From NCBI GenBank assembly GCA_038065125.1, contig JBBTRP010000060.1, positions 10,848-48,105 on the forward strand: a stretch of 37,258 nt of DNA, given 5' to 3'. Below, piece after piece: positions 26,070 to 35,688 of this stretch (position 1 is the first letter of the stretch; every line of letters begins with the position of its first letter). The translations under genes were made by a program, and so were the position numbers. The DNA comes from Patescibacteria group bacterium. Lineage in GTDB: Bacteria > Patescibacteriota > Patescibacteriia > JACQRZ01. The notes below the pieces were generated by a model. The model had not been told where the DNA came from, did no database searches, and saw only the letters and a program-made list of their open reading frames with translations.

Positions 26070-28238
26070 ATGATGCGATATTCAAAATCAGTAGTTTTTT
26101 TTATCGCCCTCTTGGGGTGGGCGGGGGCTTCTTTTTTTTCGATTTTTGCTGCCAATCAAATCGGGCTTACTATAGCAGACGCAGGCACCGTCCGCAAAAC
26201 AGCTCCGCGTCAAGTGTTGCTGGCGGCACTTCCTACGATCACCACGGCAGAGTCGCTCATACTCGCGCCACTTCAGAAGCAGGAGTTTGTCATCGGATTC
26301 AAAAATACCGGGAAAAAATCGTGGAAACCCACGCGATCCGCGCCGCTCTCATTGCGATCGGACGTCGGGGGTGAGAGCTATTTTCATCACGCATCTTGGG
26401 CGGCAAAAAACATCGTACTCAAAAAAATTGACGTCGTGCCCGCGGGGCATGTCGCGTATTTTAAGTTCATTCTTGAGGCACCAAAAAAAGAGAGTGAGTA
26501 TCAGGAGCGGTTGCTGCTGTTCCTGGGAGACGTTCCGCTTTCGGGCGGGACATTCACGCTTCCCATCACCGTGACGCGCACAATCGCATCCGCTCCGAAA
26601 GAAGCGCCCCTCTCTGCCACGTCATCCGTACAAGCGCCTCTTCCCGTTCAACCGCCGCCCTCTTCCATAAAGGCCGTTCTAGCCGCGCAAAATATCATCC
26701 AAGGAGATCCCGTATTGGCGATTCCCTCAAACGGGGAAGGCTCGTTCAAGGTCGGGTTCAAAAACACTGGCACCGTCTCGTTTGCGGACGCACAAACACC
26801 GGTCACATTCCGGTCTCTTGCAAAACGCGAGAGTTATTTTTACGGTCCGACGTGGGCGGGAAAAACAAGTGTGAAGCGCATGACCTCCGGTAACCCCGGC
26901 GAGCTCACGTTTATCGACTTCACGCTCCATGCGCCCTCAAAGCAGGGGACCTACACCGAGAAACTTGCGCTTTTTGAGGGAGATCGAAAGCTTGTGGGAA
27001 CAGAGGTCGACCTCTCAATCGTCGTCGGCCCTCCCGCGCCAAAAGTCCCAACACCGCCTCGCGGGTCGCTTGCCGTGCAGCCCTCAAATACTCTCGCCGT
27101 GAGCCCGCCACCCCTTCCGGTTGTTGCGCCGCAGCAGATGAGTATTGCGACAAGCACGACCGAAACACCGTTCGTGCCGCAGGGCATTGTTGATGACCTC
27201 CGTGAAAGCGAAAAGAAAATCCGCATTGGATTATTCAATACGCGCGATCCAATCCGCATGACCGCGAATAAAGAGTTTGAGATTCGCGACACGAACGGAA
27301 CATTTTTTGGCTCTTTTCCCAGCGGCACCAACGCAAGTGTGACATTCGATTTTGTTACGCGGCTCTATGAGGTGGCAACGCCCAACGGAACGTCGACCAC
27401 CGCGGTTCCGGTCCGTTTTTCTGCAGCGCAAACACAGGTAGCGTCCAGGGGGATAGTGCACGCTGCTGCAGACGGGTCTGTCGCATCGTCGACGCCGGAC
27501 ACCACATCGACGACACCGTCCGCGGCACATGCGACAACCTCACCACAAATTGCTCCTGCGACACCCGCGACTTCACCAACGATATCAGATCAGGATATTG
27601 TTTTTGAAATTCTTTCCTATGTGCATCGGCCGGGATGGAGCTCAGCGATCAACGACAACACGTTTCGTGCGGTACTCGAGGTGCGCTACGCGCCGGCCAC
27701 CGACAAGCTTTGGGTCATCAACGAGCTTTTTCTCGAGCAGTATCTCAAAGGACTTGCCGAGACCTCAAACAACTCGCCGTATGAGTATCAGAAGGCTTTG
27801 CTCATTGCCGCGCGCACATATGCTCTGTACCACATCAACCGCAGCACAAAATATGCAAGCGAGCACTTCACGATTCGCGCAACCGATGCGGATCAGGTGT
27901 ATCGCGGATACGGCGCCGAACAGCGCCTACCCAATGTCAGTCGTGCAGTTTCTGAAACGCGCGGTGCGATCGTCACGTACAACGGCGAACTTGCCATCAC
28001 TCCTTATTACTCCCAGAGCGATGGACGCACTCGGAACTGGGAAGAGGTCTGGGGTGGCGGACCTAAACCGTGGTTGATCGGGAAAAACGATCCATGCTGC
28101 TCAGGACTTAAGATGCTTGGGCACGGCGTTGGGATGTCTGCGCGCGGCGCGCTCCTCATGGCGATTCAGGGCAAGGGATATGAAGAGATTTTGAAATACT
28201 ACTACACCGCCATCGAACTTCGTCGCCGGTATTTATGA
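26070..28238 (+). CDS. Secreted SpoIID/LytB-domain lytic transglycosylase with two N-terminal Ig-like (NBR1-like) repeats
   Basis: Signal/TM N-terminus; duplicated GFKNTG...ESYF...W...F-x-L-x-AP...Y-x-E; INELFLEQYLKGLAE, AARTYA, DQVYRG, GHGVGMS, ILKYYY. Confidence 0.9.
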   Translation: MMRYSKSVVFFIALLGWAGASFFSIFAANQIGLTIADAGTVRKTAPRQVLLAALPTITTAESLILAPLQKQEFVIGFKNTGKKSWKPTRSAPLSLRSDVGGESYFHHASWAAKNIVLKKIDVVPAGHVAYFKFILEAPKKESEYQERLLLFLGDVPLSGGTFTLPITVTRTIASAPKEAPLSATSSVQAPLPVQPPPSSIKAVLAAQNIIQGDPVLAIPSNGEGSFKVGFKNTGTVSFADAQTPVTFRSLAKRESYFYGPTWAGKTSVKRMTSGNPGELTFIDFTLHAPSKQGTYTEKLALFEGDRKLVGTEVDLSIVVGPPAPKVPTPPRGSLAVQPSNTLAVSPPPLPVVAPQQMSIATSTTETPFVPQGIVDDLRESEKKIRIGLFNTRDPIRMTANKEFEIRDTNGTFFGSFPSGTNASVTFDFVTRLYEVATPNGTSTTAVPVRFSAAQTQVASRGIVHAAADGSVASSTPDTTSTTPSAAHATTSPQIAPATPATSPTISDQDIVFEILSYVHRPGWSSAINDNTFRAVLEVRYAPATDKLWVINELFLEQYLKGLAETSNNSPYEYQKALLIAARTYALYHINRSTKYASEHFTIRATDADQVYRGYGAEQRLPNVSRAVSETRGAIVTYNGELAITPYYSQSDGRTRNWEEVWGGGPKPWLIGKNDPCCSGLKMLGHGVGMSARGALLMAIQGKGYEEILKYYYTAIELRRRYL

Positions 28239-30172
28239 CGAAATCTGAATCTTCCGACACGCCTGAACGCATCCCGCACCGGCAGACACCAGATCGTCCA
28301 GGGCAGTCACGCGTCGATCGCGTGATTCGCGAGGGGACCCGGATGGTTGAGCAGGGAACCCATCAACGCGCACTCGTCGGAGCGCTTGCCGGCATTTGCG
28401 CATTTCAGGCGCTGGATGCGGGCAGTATGTCTGCGGCAGTGCGATTCGAGATCGACAAGAAAACCGGTTGTATAGACGTCGTGCAAACCGCAAGCGGTAC
28501 GCACCCGGATTCACGTCTTTCGTTCGGCCCGCTTGCGCGGCCCGGCACGGGAAAAGCTCCCGCAGCATTCGAGCCCTCCCCACTATACACTGCGATTTCA
28601 AAAACCGACCTGACAATTCCCGGCGTGAACGAGTCGATTAGGAATCCGGGTGTATTCAAAACACTTGTCGGCACGGGCATCGAAGCTTCGAGAAAAAAAT
28701 ACAAACTTCCCCTTACCACCCTCTCTTCAATGACGCTTGGCGAGGCGGTCCTGATCGCGTCTGACATTGTCGAGAGCGCGTATACCTATGACAATCGGAT
28801 GGTCGACGGGACGAAAGAGTACGACGAGAATTACACCCGCATGGTCGACGGTCTGCCAACCGATGTTCGTCTTGCAAAAGGGCAGGCCGGCGAGATCGGT
28901 GCCATCTGTCGCAACTACGCGGTGGACTTTGAAAATGTCCTTGAGGCGATTCGCGATATGTCCGGGGCGTCTTGGGCGACACGCGTGCATGTCGACTCGA
29001 TCCGTTCGCCCCAGCAGCGCCATGCGTGGAATGTGATTTTTGAGGACGTGCCCGGACGAACACTGATGGCCGTCGGGGACGTGACGTTTTCCGATTCAAA
29101 ACTATCCAAGAAAAAAGCGGAGTCCGGCGCGCGTTTCTCCTGGAGTCCGCGGCCGCTTGCCACCGAATTGAGCGATCGCGATGCCAAGGATACCGATCAC
29201 CAGAGCCTTTTGGAGGTGTATCGCACGCAACTGGAAAAAGGTTTTAGCGCTGATGAGCAGATTGAATTTTTGACCGCGTCTCTTGAACTATCCGAACACA
29301 CGGTCAACACGCGTAATTTTTCCACCGAACTTATGAGAACCGCAGCAGACCGACTGTACGAGCGCGTCCGTCCCGGCGACAAAGATTCTGCATCACGTAC
29401 CCGCTCGTTCGTTGAGAAGATTTTGACCGATGTGACTCGCGCCGTCCGTACGTTTGAGGGGAGTGGTCATATTGAGGCCGATACCGCCGACTACGATCAC
29501 GCGGGGCGCGCGTTTCTCTCGGCGGTCGAGCACCGAAAAGATCTCAGTCAAGACGATAAGATCGCACTGTACAAGAAGAGTATTGGCGTGACCAAGACGG
29601 GATACGTTCGCACGGCAGATGCGTATGCCGCAAGCGGCAGGGTTCATGAAGCGGACGAGTGGTACCGACAGGCGATCAAAAAATTCCGTCGGCCGGTTAC
29701 CTTCACACATGCCGCCGCGTTCTATCGTACCCAAGGAAACGCATCCATGCTCAAGAAAGTCTTGGGGGAGTTTGATCGCGACCTTGTCCTCGCGTCCTAT
29801 TATGATGACCCGCTGAATCAGTATGATGGAAGCTTCAGTCGCGGTGAGATCGCGCAACAGGACAGAGATTTTGACACTGCACTCATCTCATTCGGTAGTG
29901 CGTATCGCGCCGTAAAAAATGACCACCCCGAGCTGATGGTTCGTGCGGGCGTTGAGTACGCGAAAACGCTCCTTGCGCTCGGGCGCATCGACGAGGGGAG
30001 GGAGGTTGCGGATGCGATCGTGAAGCGCGTTGCCCGGGAACGCGCCGAGAATCCCCATTGGACTCCAAACATGCTCCTTGATGATCCCGACCCAAAGATA
30101 CTTGAGAGCGGGGCAAATCTTTTTGCGTACTTCTCGCGACAGGCAGTACAAAGTACTAAAAAAAGATTATAA
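28235..30172 (+). CDS. Transglutaminase-like (Cys-His-Asp) domain protein with C-terminal TPR-like helices
   Basis: IC225RNYA, H263AWNVI, GD282VT; TPR-like ADAYAASGRVHEADEWYRQAI and YAKTLLALGRIDEGREV; ATGA overlap with the upstream gene. Confidence 0.72.
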   Translation: MTKSESSDTPERIPHRQTPDRPGQSRVDRVIREGTRMVEQGTHQRALVGALAGICAFQALDAGSMSAAVRFEIDKKTGCIDVVQTASGTHPDSRLSFGPLARPGTGKAPAAFEPSPLYTAISKTDLTIPGVNESIRNPGVFKTLVGTGIEASRKKYKLPLTTLSSMTLGEAVLIASDIVESAYTYDNRMVDGTKEYDENYTRMVDGLPTDVRLAKGQAGEIGAICRNYAVDFENVLEAIRDMSGASWATRVHVDSIRSPQQRHAWNVIFEDVPGRTLMAVGDVTFSDSKLSKKKAESGARFSWSPRPLATELSDRDAKDTDHQSLLEVYRTQLEKGFSADEQIEFLTASLELSEHTVNTRNFSTELMRTAADRLYERVRPGDKDSASRTRSFVEKILTDVTRAVRTFEGSGHIEADTADYDHAGRAFLSAVEHRKDLSQDDKIALYKKSIGVTKTGYVRTADAYAASGRVHEADEWYRQAIKKFRRPVTFTHAAAFYRTQGNASMLKKVLGEFDRDLVLASYYDDPLNQYDGSFSRGEIAQQDRDFDTALISFGSAYRAVKNDHPELMVRAGVEYAKTLLALGRIDEGREVADAIVKRVARERAENPHWTPNMLLDDPDPKILESGANLFAYFSRQAVQSTKKRL

Positions 30173-30198
30173 TTTAAAGGAAAAGTAGCATTTTACCC

Positions 30199-30227
30199 TT
30201 GACAAAAGGGCTGATTTGTGATATACT
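30199..30227 (+). promoter_or_regulatory. Sigma70 promoter of pilT
   Basis: TTGACA-17 nt-TATACT with extended -10 TG. Confidence 0.8.
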
Positions 30228-30262
30228 AATTCTATTCATTTTTACCTATTTTTTCCCTTATT

Positions 30263-31315
30263 ATGCTTTCACTTCACTCTCTTCTTACGGACGTTAAGAC
30301 TGTCTCAGCGTCTGACGTGCATGCGGTCGTGGGCAGTCCGCCGCTGGTACGCGTTCACGGCTCTCTCGTCTCGCTTGTGGGGTATGATTCAATTACTTCA
30401 CACGAGATGGAATCATTGGTTGACGAACTACTGGACCAGGATGCCCGCCGCGTATTTGCAGACACCAAAGAGTGGGGCGGCGCGGTGCAGCTCTCCGACG
30501 GAAGTCGCTTTCGCGCAAACCTTTTTTTTGAGAACGGAAACCCGGCATTTGTGGCGCGCTTGATTGCGTCTGCAATCCCGACACTCTCCGATATCGGCTT
30601 TCCCGAGTCGGCGGTGAACCTGATCAACGCTGACCGTGGACTTGTGCTCGTGACCGGGCAGACAGGCAGCGGAAAGTCCACCACCCTTGCCGCGCTCGTC
30701 GAGTATCTCAATGCGACAACCGCAAAAAATATCGTGACCCTGGAAGATCCGATCGAGTATGTTTTTTCGTCCAAGAAGTCGCTCGTCAAACAGCGGGAGG
30801 TCGGGCGCGATATCAACTCGTTTTCCGAAAGCCTCAAACACATCGTTCGGCACGACCCCGACGTGATCATGGTGGGTGAGATGCGCGACCCCGAAACCAT
30901 CAAGGCCGCTCTCACTCTTGCAGAGACCGGCCACCTCGTGCTCTCCACCCTGCACACCTCAGGCGCCGGCCAGACCGTGAATCGCATCATCGATAGTTTT
31001 TCCGCAGAGCAGCAGAATCAAATCAGATCACAGCTTGCGCTCTCGCTCCGCGGCATCATTTCTCAGCGGCTCGTGAGAAGTCTCTCGGGCGGCCGCGTTG
31101 CGGTCCGCGAGATCCTCGTGAACACGCCGGCAATTGCCAATCTCATTCGCGAGGACAAGATCGAGCACATCGAGTCCGTTCTCCAAACCAGCGCATCACA
31201 AGGCATGGTGACCCTGGACGCAGCACTCTCCTCCCTCTACCGAACCAACACGATCTCCTACGACGTCGCCCTCGAACACGCCACCGACGTCGCACTCATT
31301 GGCAGTAGAGCATAA
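30263..31315 (+). CDS. pilT: Type IV pilus retraction ATPase PilT/PilU family
   Basis: GQTGSGKST, TLEDPIE, DPDVIMVGEMRD, TGHLVLSTLH, AIANLIRE (AIRNLIRE motif). Confidence 0.93.
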   Translation: MLSLHSLLTDVKTVSASDVHAVVGSPPLVRVHGSLVSLVGYDSITSHEMESLVDELLDQDARRVFADTKEWGGAVQLSDGSRFRANLFFENGNPAFVARLIASAIPTLSDIGFPESAVNLINADRGLVLVTGQTGSGKSTTLAALVEYLNATTAKNIVTLEDPIEYVFSSKKSLVKQREVGRDINSFSESLKHIVRHDPDVIMVGEMRDPETIKAALTLAETGHLVLSTLHTSGAGQTVNRIIDSFSAEQQNQIRSQLALSLRGIISQRLVRSLSGGRVAVREILVNTPAIANLIREDKIEHIESVLQTSASQGMVTLDAALSSLYRTNTISYDVALEHATDVALIGSRA

Positions 31316-31338
31316 GTACACATCTCGAGTAGACATAT

Positions 31339-31378
31339 AAAACACCGCAGCACTCAGTTTGCACCCCGCGGTGTTTTT
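31339..31378 (+). terminator. Putative intrinsic terminator after pilT
   Basis: AAAACACCGC...GCGGTGTTTTT (large loop). Confidence 0.55.
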
Positions 31379-31404
31379 GGTGTATCGTGTCTTTATTCTC
31401 TATT

Positions 31405-31476
31405 GCGCCCGTCGTTCAACGGATAGGATGTCAGGCTTCGAACCTGAAGATGGGAGTTCGATTCTCTCCGGGCGCA
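31405..31476 (+). tRNA. tRNA-Arg (anticodon TCG), no encoded CCA
   Basis: Acceptor GCGCCCG/CGGGCGC; anticodon arm TCAGG-CTTCGAA-CCTGA; T arm GGGAG-TTCGATT-CTCTC; A20 present. Confidence 0.95.
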
Positions 31477-31520
31477 TGAGAGTGAAGCGAATATGCAACC
31501 GAGCGACAGAACTGAAAAAA

Positions 31521-32102
31521 ATGAAAAAACGAGTCATCATTGTTCATGGGTGGGGGGGCGCGCCGAGTGACGGGTGGTTTCCCTGGCTGAAGGAAAAAAT
31601 TGAAGAGCGGGGAGATCAGGTGGTGATTCCTGCGATGCCCGAGCCCAACGCGCCGCATATCGACGCGTGGGTCCGCGCGTTGTTTGAGGTTGCTGGAGTT
31701 GCGGACGCGCAGACATTCTTTGTCGGGCACAGCATGGGGTGCGCTGCGATCGTTCGCTATTGCGAGGCGCTCCCTGAGGGCGCCCTGATCGGCGGGGCGG
31801 TGTTTGTCGCAGGATTTTTCAAACGTGTCACAGCGCTCGATCAAAAAGAAGAAGAACGCGAGATACTCCGCGAGTGGCTCGACGCGTCCGTTGATTTTTC
31901 CGCCGCCGCGACACGCATCAAGAAGAGTATTGCGATCTTTTCAGATAATGACCCCTACGTCCCAATTGAGAACGTTGACGACTTCCGTGACAAGCTAGGA
32001 TCAGAAATTATCATCGTTCCCGGAGCGGGCCACTTCTCCGGACCCCGGGACGGCACGCGCGAACCCCCGATTGTTCTTGAGAGTATTTTGAAAATTTCTT
32101 AA
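31521..32102 (+). CDS. Alpha/beta hydrolase, RBBP9/YdeN family
   Basis: IIVHGWGG, WFPWL, GHSMG nucleophile elbow, SDNDPYV, GAGHF. Start moved to ATG 31521, downstream of the tRNA. Confidence 0.92.
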   Translation: MKKRVIIVHGWGGAPSDGWFPWLKEKIEERGDQVVIPAMPEPNAPHIDAWVRALFEVAGVADAQTFFVGHSMGCAAIVRYCEALPEGALIGGAVFVAGFFKRVTALDQKEEEREILREWLDASVDFSAAATRIKKSIAIFSDNDPYVPIENVDDFRDKLGSEIIIVPGAGHFSGPRDGTREPPIVLESILKIS

Positions 32103-32126
32103 TGAAAGTGCGATACTGCCTGAGAG

Positions 32127-32164
32127 TCATGTATTGTTGACATGAGTTATATCTGACATATACT
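32127..32164 (+). promoter_or_regulatory. hicB-hicA promoter with inverted repeat over -35
   Basis: TTGACA-16 nt-TATACT; TCATGT-7 nt-ACATGA palindrome at 32127-32145. Confidence 0.6.
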
Positions 32165-32172
32165 TTGACCAT

Positions 32173-32400
32173 ATGAGTACGTATACGGCGGTCTATAAAC
32201 ATACAAAAAAGTGGTACCTTGGATGGATTGAAGAGGTCCCCGGGGTCAATAGCCAAGGTAAGACGTTGAAAGAAGTCAGAGAAAACCTACGTGAGGCGCT
32301 GCAGCTTGTCGTTGAGACAAACCGCCTCTTAACGCGGGTTGAAGCGGGAAGCAATGGAATCGTCCGAGAAAAAGTGAAGATTTCTTTTAATGAAGCGTGA
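32173..32400 (+). CDS. hicB: HicB-family antitoxin (short form, no obvious DNA-binding domain)
   Basis: YTAVY...WYLGWIEEVPGVNSQGKTLKEVRENLREAL. Confidence 0.88.
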   Translation: MSTYTAVYKHTKKWYLGWIEEVPGVNSQGKTLKEVRENLREALQLVVETNRLLTRVEAGSNGIVREKVKISFNEA

Positions 32401-32584
32401 AGATCTCATCCGCCATCTTTTGAGTCAGGGATGTATCTTTATCCGTGAAGGCGCACGACATAGCGTCTTTTTTCATCCGGAAACAAAAAGAATCTCAACA
32501 GTTCCTCGGCACAAAGAGATAGACTCTTTTTTGGGCAGAAAAATATGCCGCGATCTTGGTAGTGATGAAATACAGAAACGGTAA
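32390..32584 (+). CDS. hicA: HicA-family mRNA interferase toxin
   Basis: MKREDLIRHL..GC...REGARHS...VPRHKEI...ICRDLG; overlaps hicB by 11 nt. Confidence 0.9.
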   Translation: MKREDLIRHLLSQGCIFIREGARHSVFFHPETKRISTVPRHKEIDSFLGRKICRDLGSDEIQKR

Positions 32585-32724
32585 AAGGATATATCTGAAC
32601 ACACACCGCGTCATTTTTATAACCATCTTTTGTTAAGCGTCTTGAGAAACGCCTCAAAAAAGAGTCGCTTGATCCTCTGGACAAAACTGAGCCAACATGG
32701 AAGGATATTGTAATATCATAATGC

Positions 32725-32800
32725 GCGTCGCTAGCTCAATCGGCAGAGCAGGGGCCTCTTAAGCCCAAGGTTCCGGGTTCGATTCCCGGGCGACGCACCA
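32725..32800 (+). tRNA. tRNA-Lys (anticodon CTT) with encoded CCA
   Basis: Acceptor GCGTCGC/GCGACGC-ACCA; D arm GCTC..GAGC; anticodon loop CTCTTAA; T arm CCGGG-TTCGATT-CCCGG. Confidence 0.95.
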
Positions 32801-32833
32801 AGGAAATACTTTTTTCATAACGGTTCAGAATGT

Positions 32834-33979
32834 ATGAATGAACGTCAGAAATTCGGCGCTGTGGTGCTTGCGGTGCTCATGTTTCTTGCGGGATACCTCG
32901 TTGGGAAGAATGCCGAAAAACTGGCAGGCCCCCCGGGCGACGCGTCTCCCATTAAGATTGGATTCATCGGTCCCTTGAGCGGGGACACCGCAAATCTCGG
33001 AGAGAATATGCGCCTCGCGGTCGAGCTTGCACGCGACGAGGTCAATGCCGCGGGCGGGGTGAAGGGGCGCACACTCGATGTCATTTTTGAAGATGGAAAG
33101 TGCGATGGCAAGGAGGCGGTGAATGCCGGGAACAAACTCCTCAACATCGACAAGGTCACCGCGATTATCGGCGGGGTGTGCTCGTCAGAAACGTTGGCGG
33201 TTGCGCCGCTTGCCGAGAAAGCAAAAGTTCCGCTCGTCTCTGCCGCGTCCACCAATCCCAAGATTACGACTGCGGGGGAGTACACGTTTCGGTTCGTGCC
33301 GTCTGATTCGTTTCAGGGCACCTTCACCGCCGATCATTTCGTGAACACCCTGAAGAAGAAAAAAGTTGCGGTGATGTACTGCAAGAGCGATTACTGCGTC
33401 GGCATCAAAGACGCATTCACAAAAAAATTCAAAGAGCTGGGCGGCGAGGTAGTTGCCGAAGAAGGGTTTGAGCGCGACGCGCGCGACCTCCGGTCCCAGA
33501 TCACAAAAGTGAAAGCTGCACAGCCGGAACTCGTGTATTTTGTCAGCTATACGGAAGGCACGATCGTGGGACTCAAACAGATGAAAGAGCTGGGCGTGAC
33601 TGCGCCGGTATTTGGCGCAGACGCGTGGGATGACCCCAAGATCGGCAAGGAGCTCAAAGATAAGGCGCACAAAGCGCAGTACTCACTGCCGGCAAACCAG
33701 TCCTTGCCACAGGAGTTTGTTGAGGCTATGGAGAAGCGCACCGGCGGCAAGGAGCTCGTAGTTTACGCACCACGTGCCTATGACATCCTCAAAAGCCTTA
33801 CCGAGATCATGGGGCAAAAAGGAGTGGGACCCGAGAACATCAAAGCGGGCCTATCTGACCTCAAAGACTGGAAGGGGATTGCGGACACCTACAGCCTCGA
33901 CGAGAATGGCGATGTTCTCTCCGCAAAGTACGTCATCAAAGAATTCAACAAGGAAGGAAAGGCGAAAGAGGTGAAGTGA
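32834..33979 (+). CDS. Branched-chain amino acid-type ABC transporter substrate-binding protein (LivJ/LivK family)
   Basis: N-terminal membrane anchor; IKIGFIGPLSG, VNAAGGVKGR, EDGKCD, IIGGVCSS, FRFVPSD. Confidence 0.92.
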   Translation: MNERQKFGAVVLAVLMFLAGYLVGKNAEKLAGPPGDASPIKIGFIGPLSGDTANLGENMRLAVELARDEVNAAGGVKGRTLDVIFEDGKCDGKEAVNAGNKLLNIDKVTAIIGGVCSSETLAVAPLAEKAKVPLVSAASTNPKITTAGEYTFRFVPSDSFQGTFTADHFVNTLKKKKVAVMYCKSDYCVGIKDAFTKKFKELGGEVVAEEGFERDARDLRSQITKVKAAQPELVYFVSYTEGTIVGLKQMKELGVTAPVFGADAWDDPKIGKELKDKAHKAQYSLPANQSLPQEFVEAMEKRTGGKELVVYAPRAYDILKSLTEIMGQKGVGPENIKAGLSDLKDWKGIADTYSLDENGDVLSAKYVIKEFNKEGKAKEVK

Positions 33980-34005
33980 AACTCTGCGGCATCGCAGAAA
34001 CAAGA

Positions 34006-34030
34006 AAACCCCCGAAAATCTCGGGGGTTT
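34006..34030 (+). terminator. Hairpin terminator after the substrate-binding gene
   Basis: AAACCCCCGA-AAATC-TCGGGGGTTT. Confidence 0.7.
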
Positions 34031-34054
34031 AACGATCACGGACCGGTTTTCCAC

Positions 34055-34083
34055 TAGACAAAACACTTTCGAGGGTGTATACT
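34055..34083 (+). promoter_or_regulatory. Sigma70 promoter of the 494-aa gene
   Basis: TAGACA-17 nt-TATACT. Confidence 0.65.
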
Positions 34084-34180
34084 AACTTCATACAATAAAA
34101 AAAGGGGATAAACCCCCAAAATCCACCCTTCAAAAATAAGCGAGGGTGCGAAAATAAAAATACATAATCATACAAAACGT

Positions 34181-35665
34181 ATGAAGAATGCTTTTGAAGA
34201 GCTTGGGATTGCGAGTCTCGGGCTTTTTTTGTCCCTTGGTTTGTCGCTCAATGTCTACGCGCAGACCGAAGTCGTGAAGTCTGTTGAGAGTCAGAAGTCA
34301 GTCGAGACTACTGCATCCGCACAAGCGACGACTCCTTCGCCTGCGGACGCTACCGTAACGCCTCAGAAAGCAGCTCCTCAAGAAGGAAAAGACAGTGTGC
34401 CGTTGTTGGGCCGCGATCTCAAGGTGGAACCACAGCACGACCCGGGTCCCGGGGATAACGGCGAGATGAATGGCGGGTCATACGGCCAACCGCCTCCAGA
34501 CCGCCGTGAAATTTCTGATTTCAATCGTCAATTTCAAAAAGATGTTCCCTCGCAGGCAAACCAGGTTCTCAAAGATCTGAAAGGGCTTACGCTCCCCGAC
34601 GTGAAGGAGTGGAAGGAGGCGCTTGCGACGGTTCTTGCTGATGCCAAGAAGTGCGTGAGTGACATGGCAAAAGCCGCGTCCGACGAAAAGCGCGATGTCA
34701 TGAACGAGTGCTATGGGAAGAATCTCCATCGCGAGATGGACGACATCCGCCAGAAGTTCGTTCCCAAGCAGGAGATCGATAACGAGCTCCGCCAGATGAA
34801 AGATCAGGAGCGAGAACTTAATCGTTTCCTCAACAATTTGATCGGTTCGCCGAAATCTGAGAAGCGCAAGCGCGCTCTTGCCGGTGAGCCCAGCCCCATC
34901 GTAAAACAGATCAACGCGCTACTTGAATCGATCGACACAAATCGCAAGTCGATTCAGAATCCCGGAGCCGACACCGATCAACGCAGCGCATTGGAAGCAT
35001 ATCGTAGCGAGAGCCAGGGCACCTGGGAGGAGATCAACAAATTGCGTGCAGTGATCGAAATTCCTCAACAGCTCAAAGACGTGAAGGCGCAATTAAAATT
35101 CGCGACGGCGCAGGTGAATCCGACGCCACGCAAAGACGGGAGTTTCGGTCCCGTTCCATTCGAGAAGGCGGCAAACTTTTTCGGGGTCGATTTCAAGGCG
35201 CTCCAGTCAGCTGTTGCCGAGAAGGCCCAGATCGTTTCTGACATCGAGTCGGCGGTCACAAACGGCGATGCGGAAACCGCGCAGTCGCTGATGCAGGAGA
35301 GTATTCATAACGGCTGGCATCCGGGCGACCTGCGAGGACTCCTGGACATGATGAAGGGAGCGTATCAACAGACAAAGGCGATTCGGGACAACGAGCTCCG
35401 CGAGCAGCTCATCGCGATTATCGATCCGATCGTCGAGTCGATGAATGCCGCCGAGTTCCGCGAGGCGCGCGAAGCCATGGAGCAGGTGAACCGTGAAATG
35501 CACAACTACGAGCGCTACTTCAATGGTCCGCAGCGATCGGGTTCGAATAAGAAGATGGATGCGGCGTTCGATCAGCTTGAAAAATTGATGATGAAAAAAT
35601 TTGATAAGAATATGAGCGACGATCGCGATGACCGAAAGGAAGGAGGTGACGAGTTCGAGGACTAG
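34181..35665 (+). CDS. Secreted all-alpha hypothetical protein with probable helical-bundle repeats
   Basis: Signal peptide ending VYA-Q; low-complexity linker; long amphipathic helices; acidic tail. Confidence 0.8.
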   Translation: MKNAFEELGIASLGLFLSLGLSLNVYAQTEVVKSVESQKSVETTASAQATTPSPADATVTPQKAAPQEGKDSVPLLGRDLKVEPQHDPGPGDNGEMNGGSYGQPPPDRREISDFNRQFQKDVPSQANQVLKDLKGLTLPDVKEWKEALATVLADAKKCVSDMAKAASDEKRDVMNECYGKNLHREMDDIRQKFVPKQEIDNELRQMKDQERELNRFLNNLIGSPKSEKRKRALAGEPSPIVKQINALLESIDTNRKSIQNPGADTDQRSALEAYRSESQGTWEEINKLRAVIEIPQQLKDVKAQLKFATAQVNPTPRKDGSFGPVPFEKAANFFGVDFKALQSAVAEKAQIVSDIESAVTNGDAETAQSLMQESIHNGWHPGDLRGLLDMMKGAYQQTKAIRDNELREQLIAIIDPIVESMNAAEFREAREAMEQVNREMHNYERYFNGPQRSGSNKKMDAAFDQLEKLMMKKFDKNMSDDRDDRKEGGDEFED

Positions 35666-35688
35666 TCACGCCAGCGACTCCGCCCATT

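Noticed and set aside
31359-31520. Long N-terminus of the hydrolase ORF
   Set aside because: Runs through tRNA-Arg(TCG); family similarity begins at MKKRVIIVHGW (31521).
31405-32800. Integrated element bounded by att repeats at the tRNAs
   Set aside because: No duplicated tRNA 3' end, integrase or transposase found. The 19-nt match at 7240/31410 is shared tRNA-Arg D-arm sequence.
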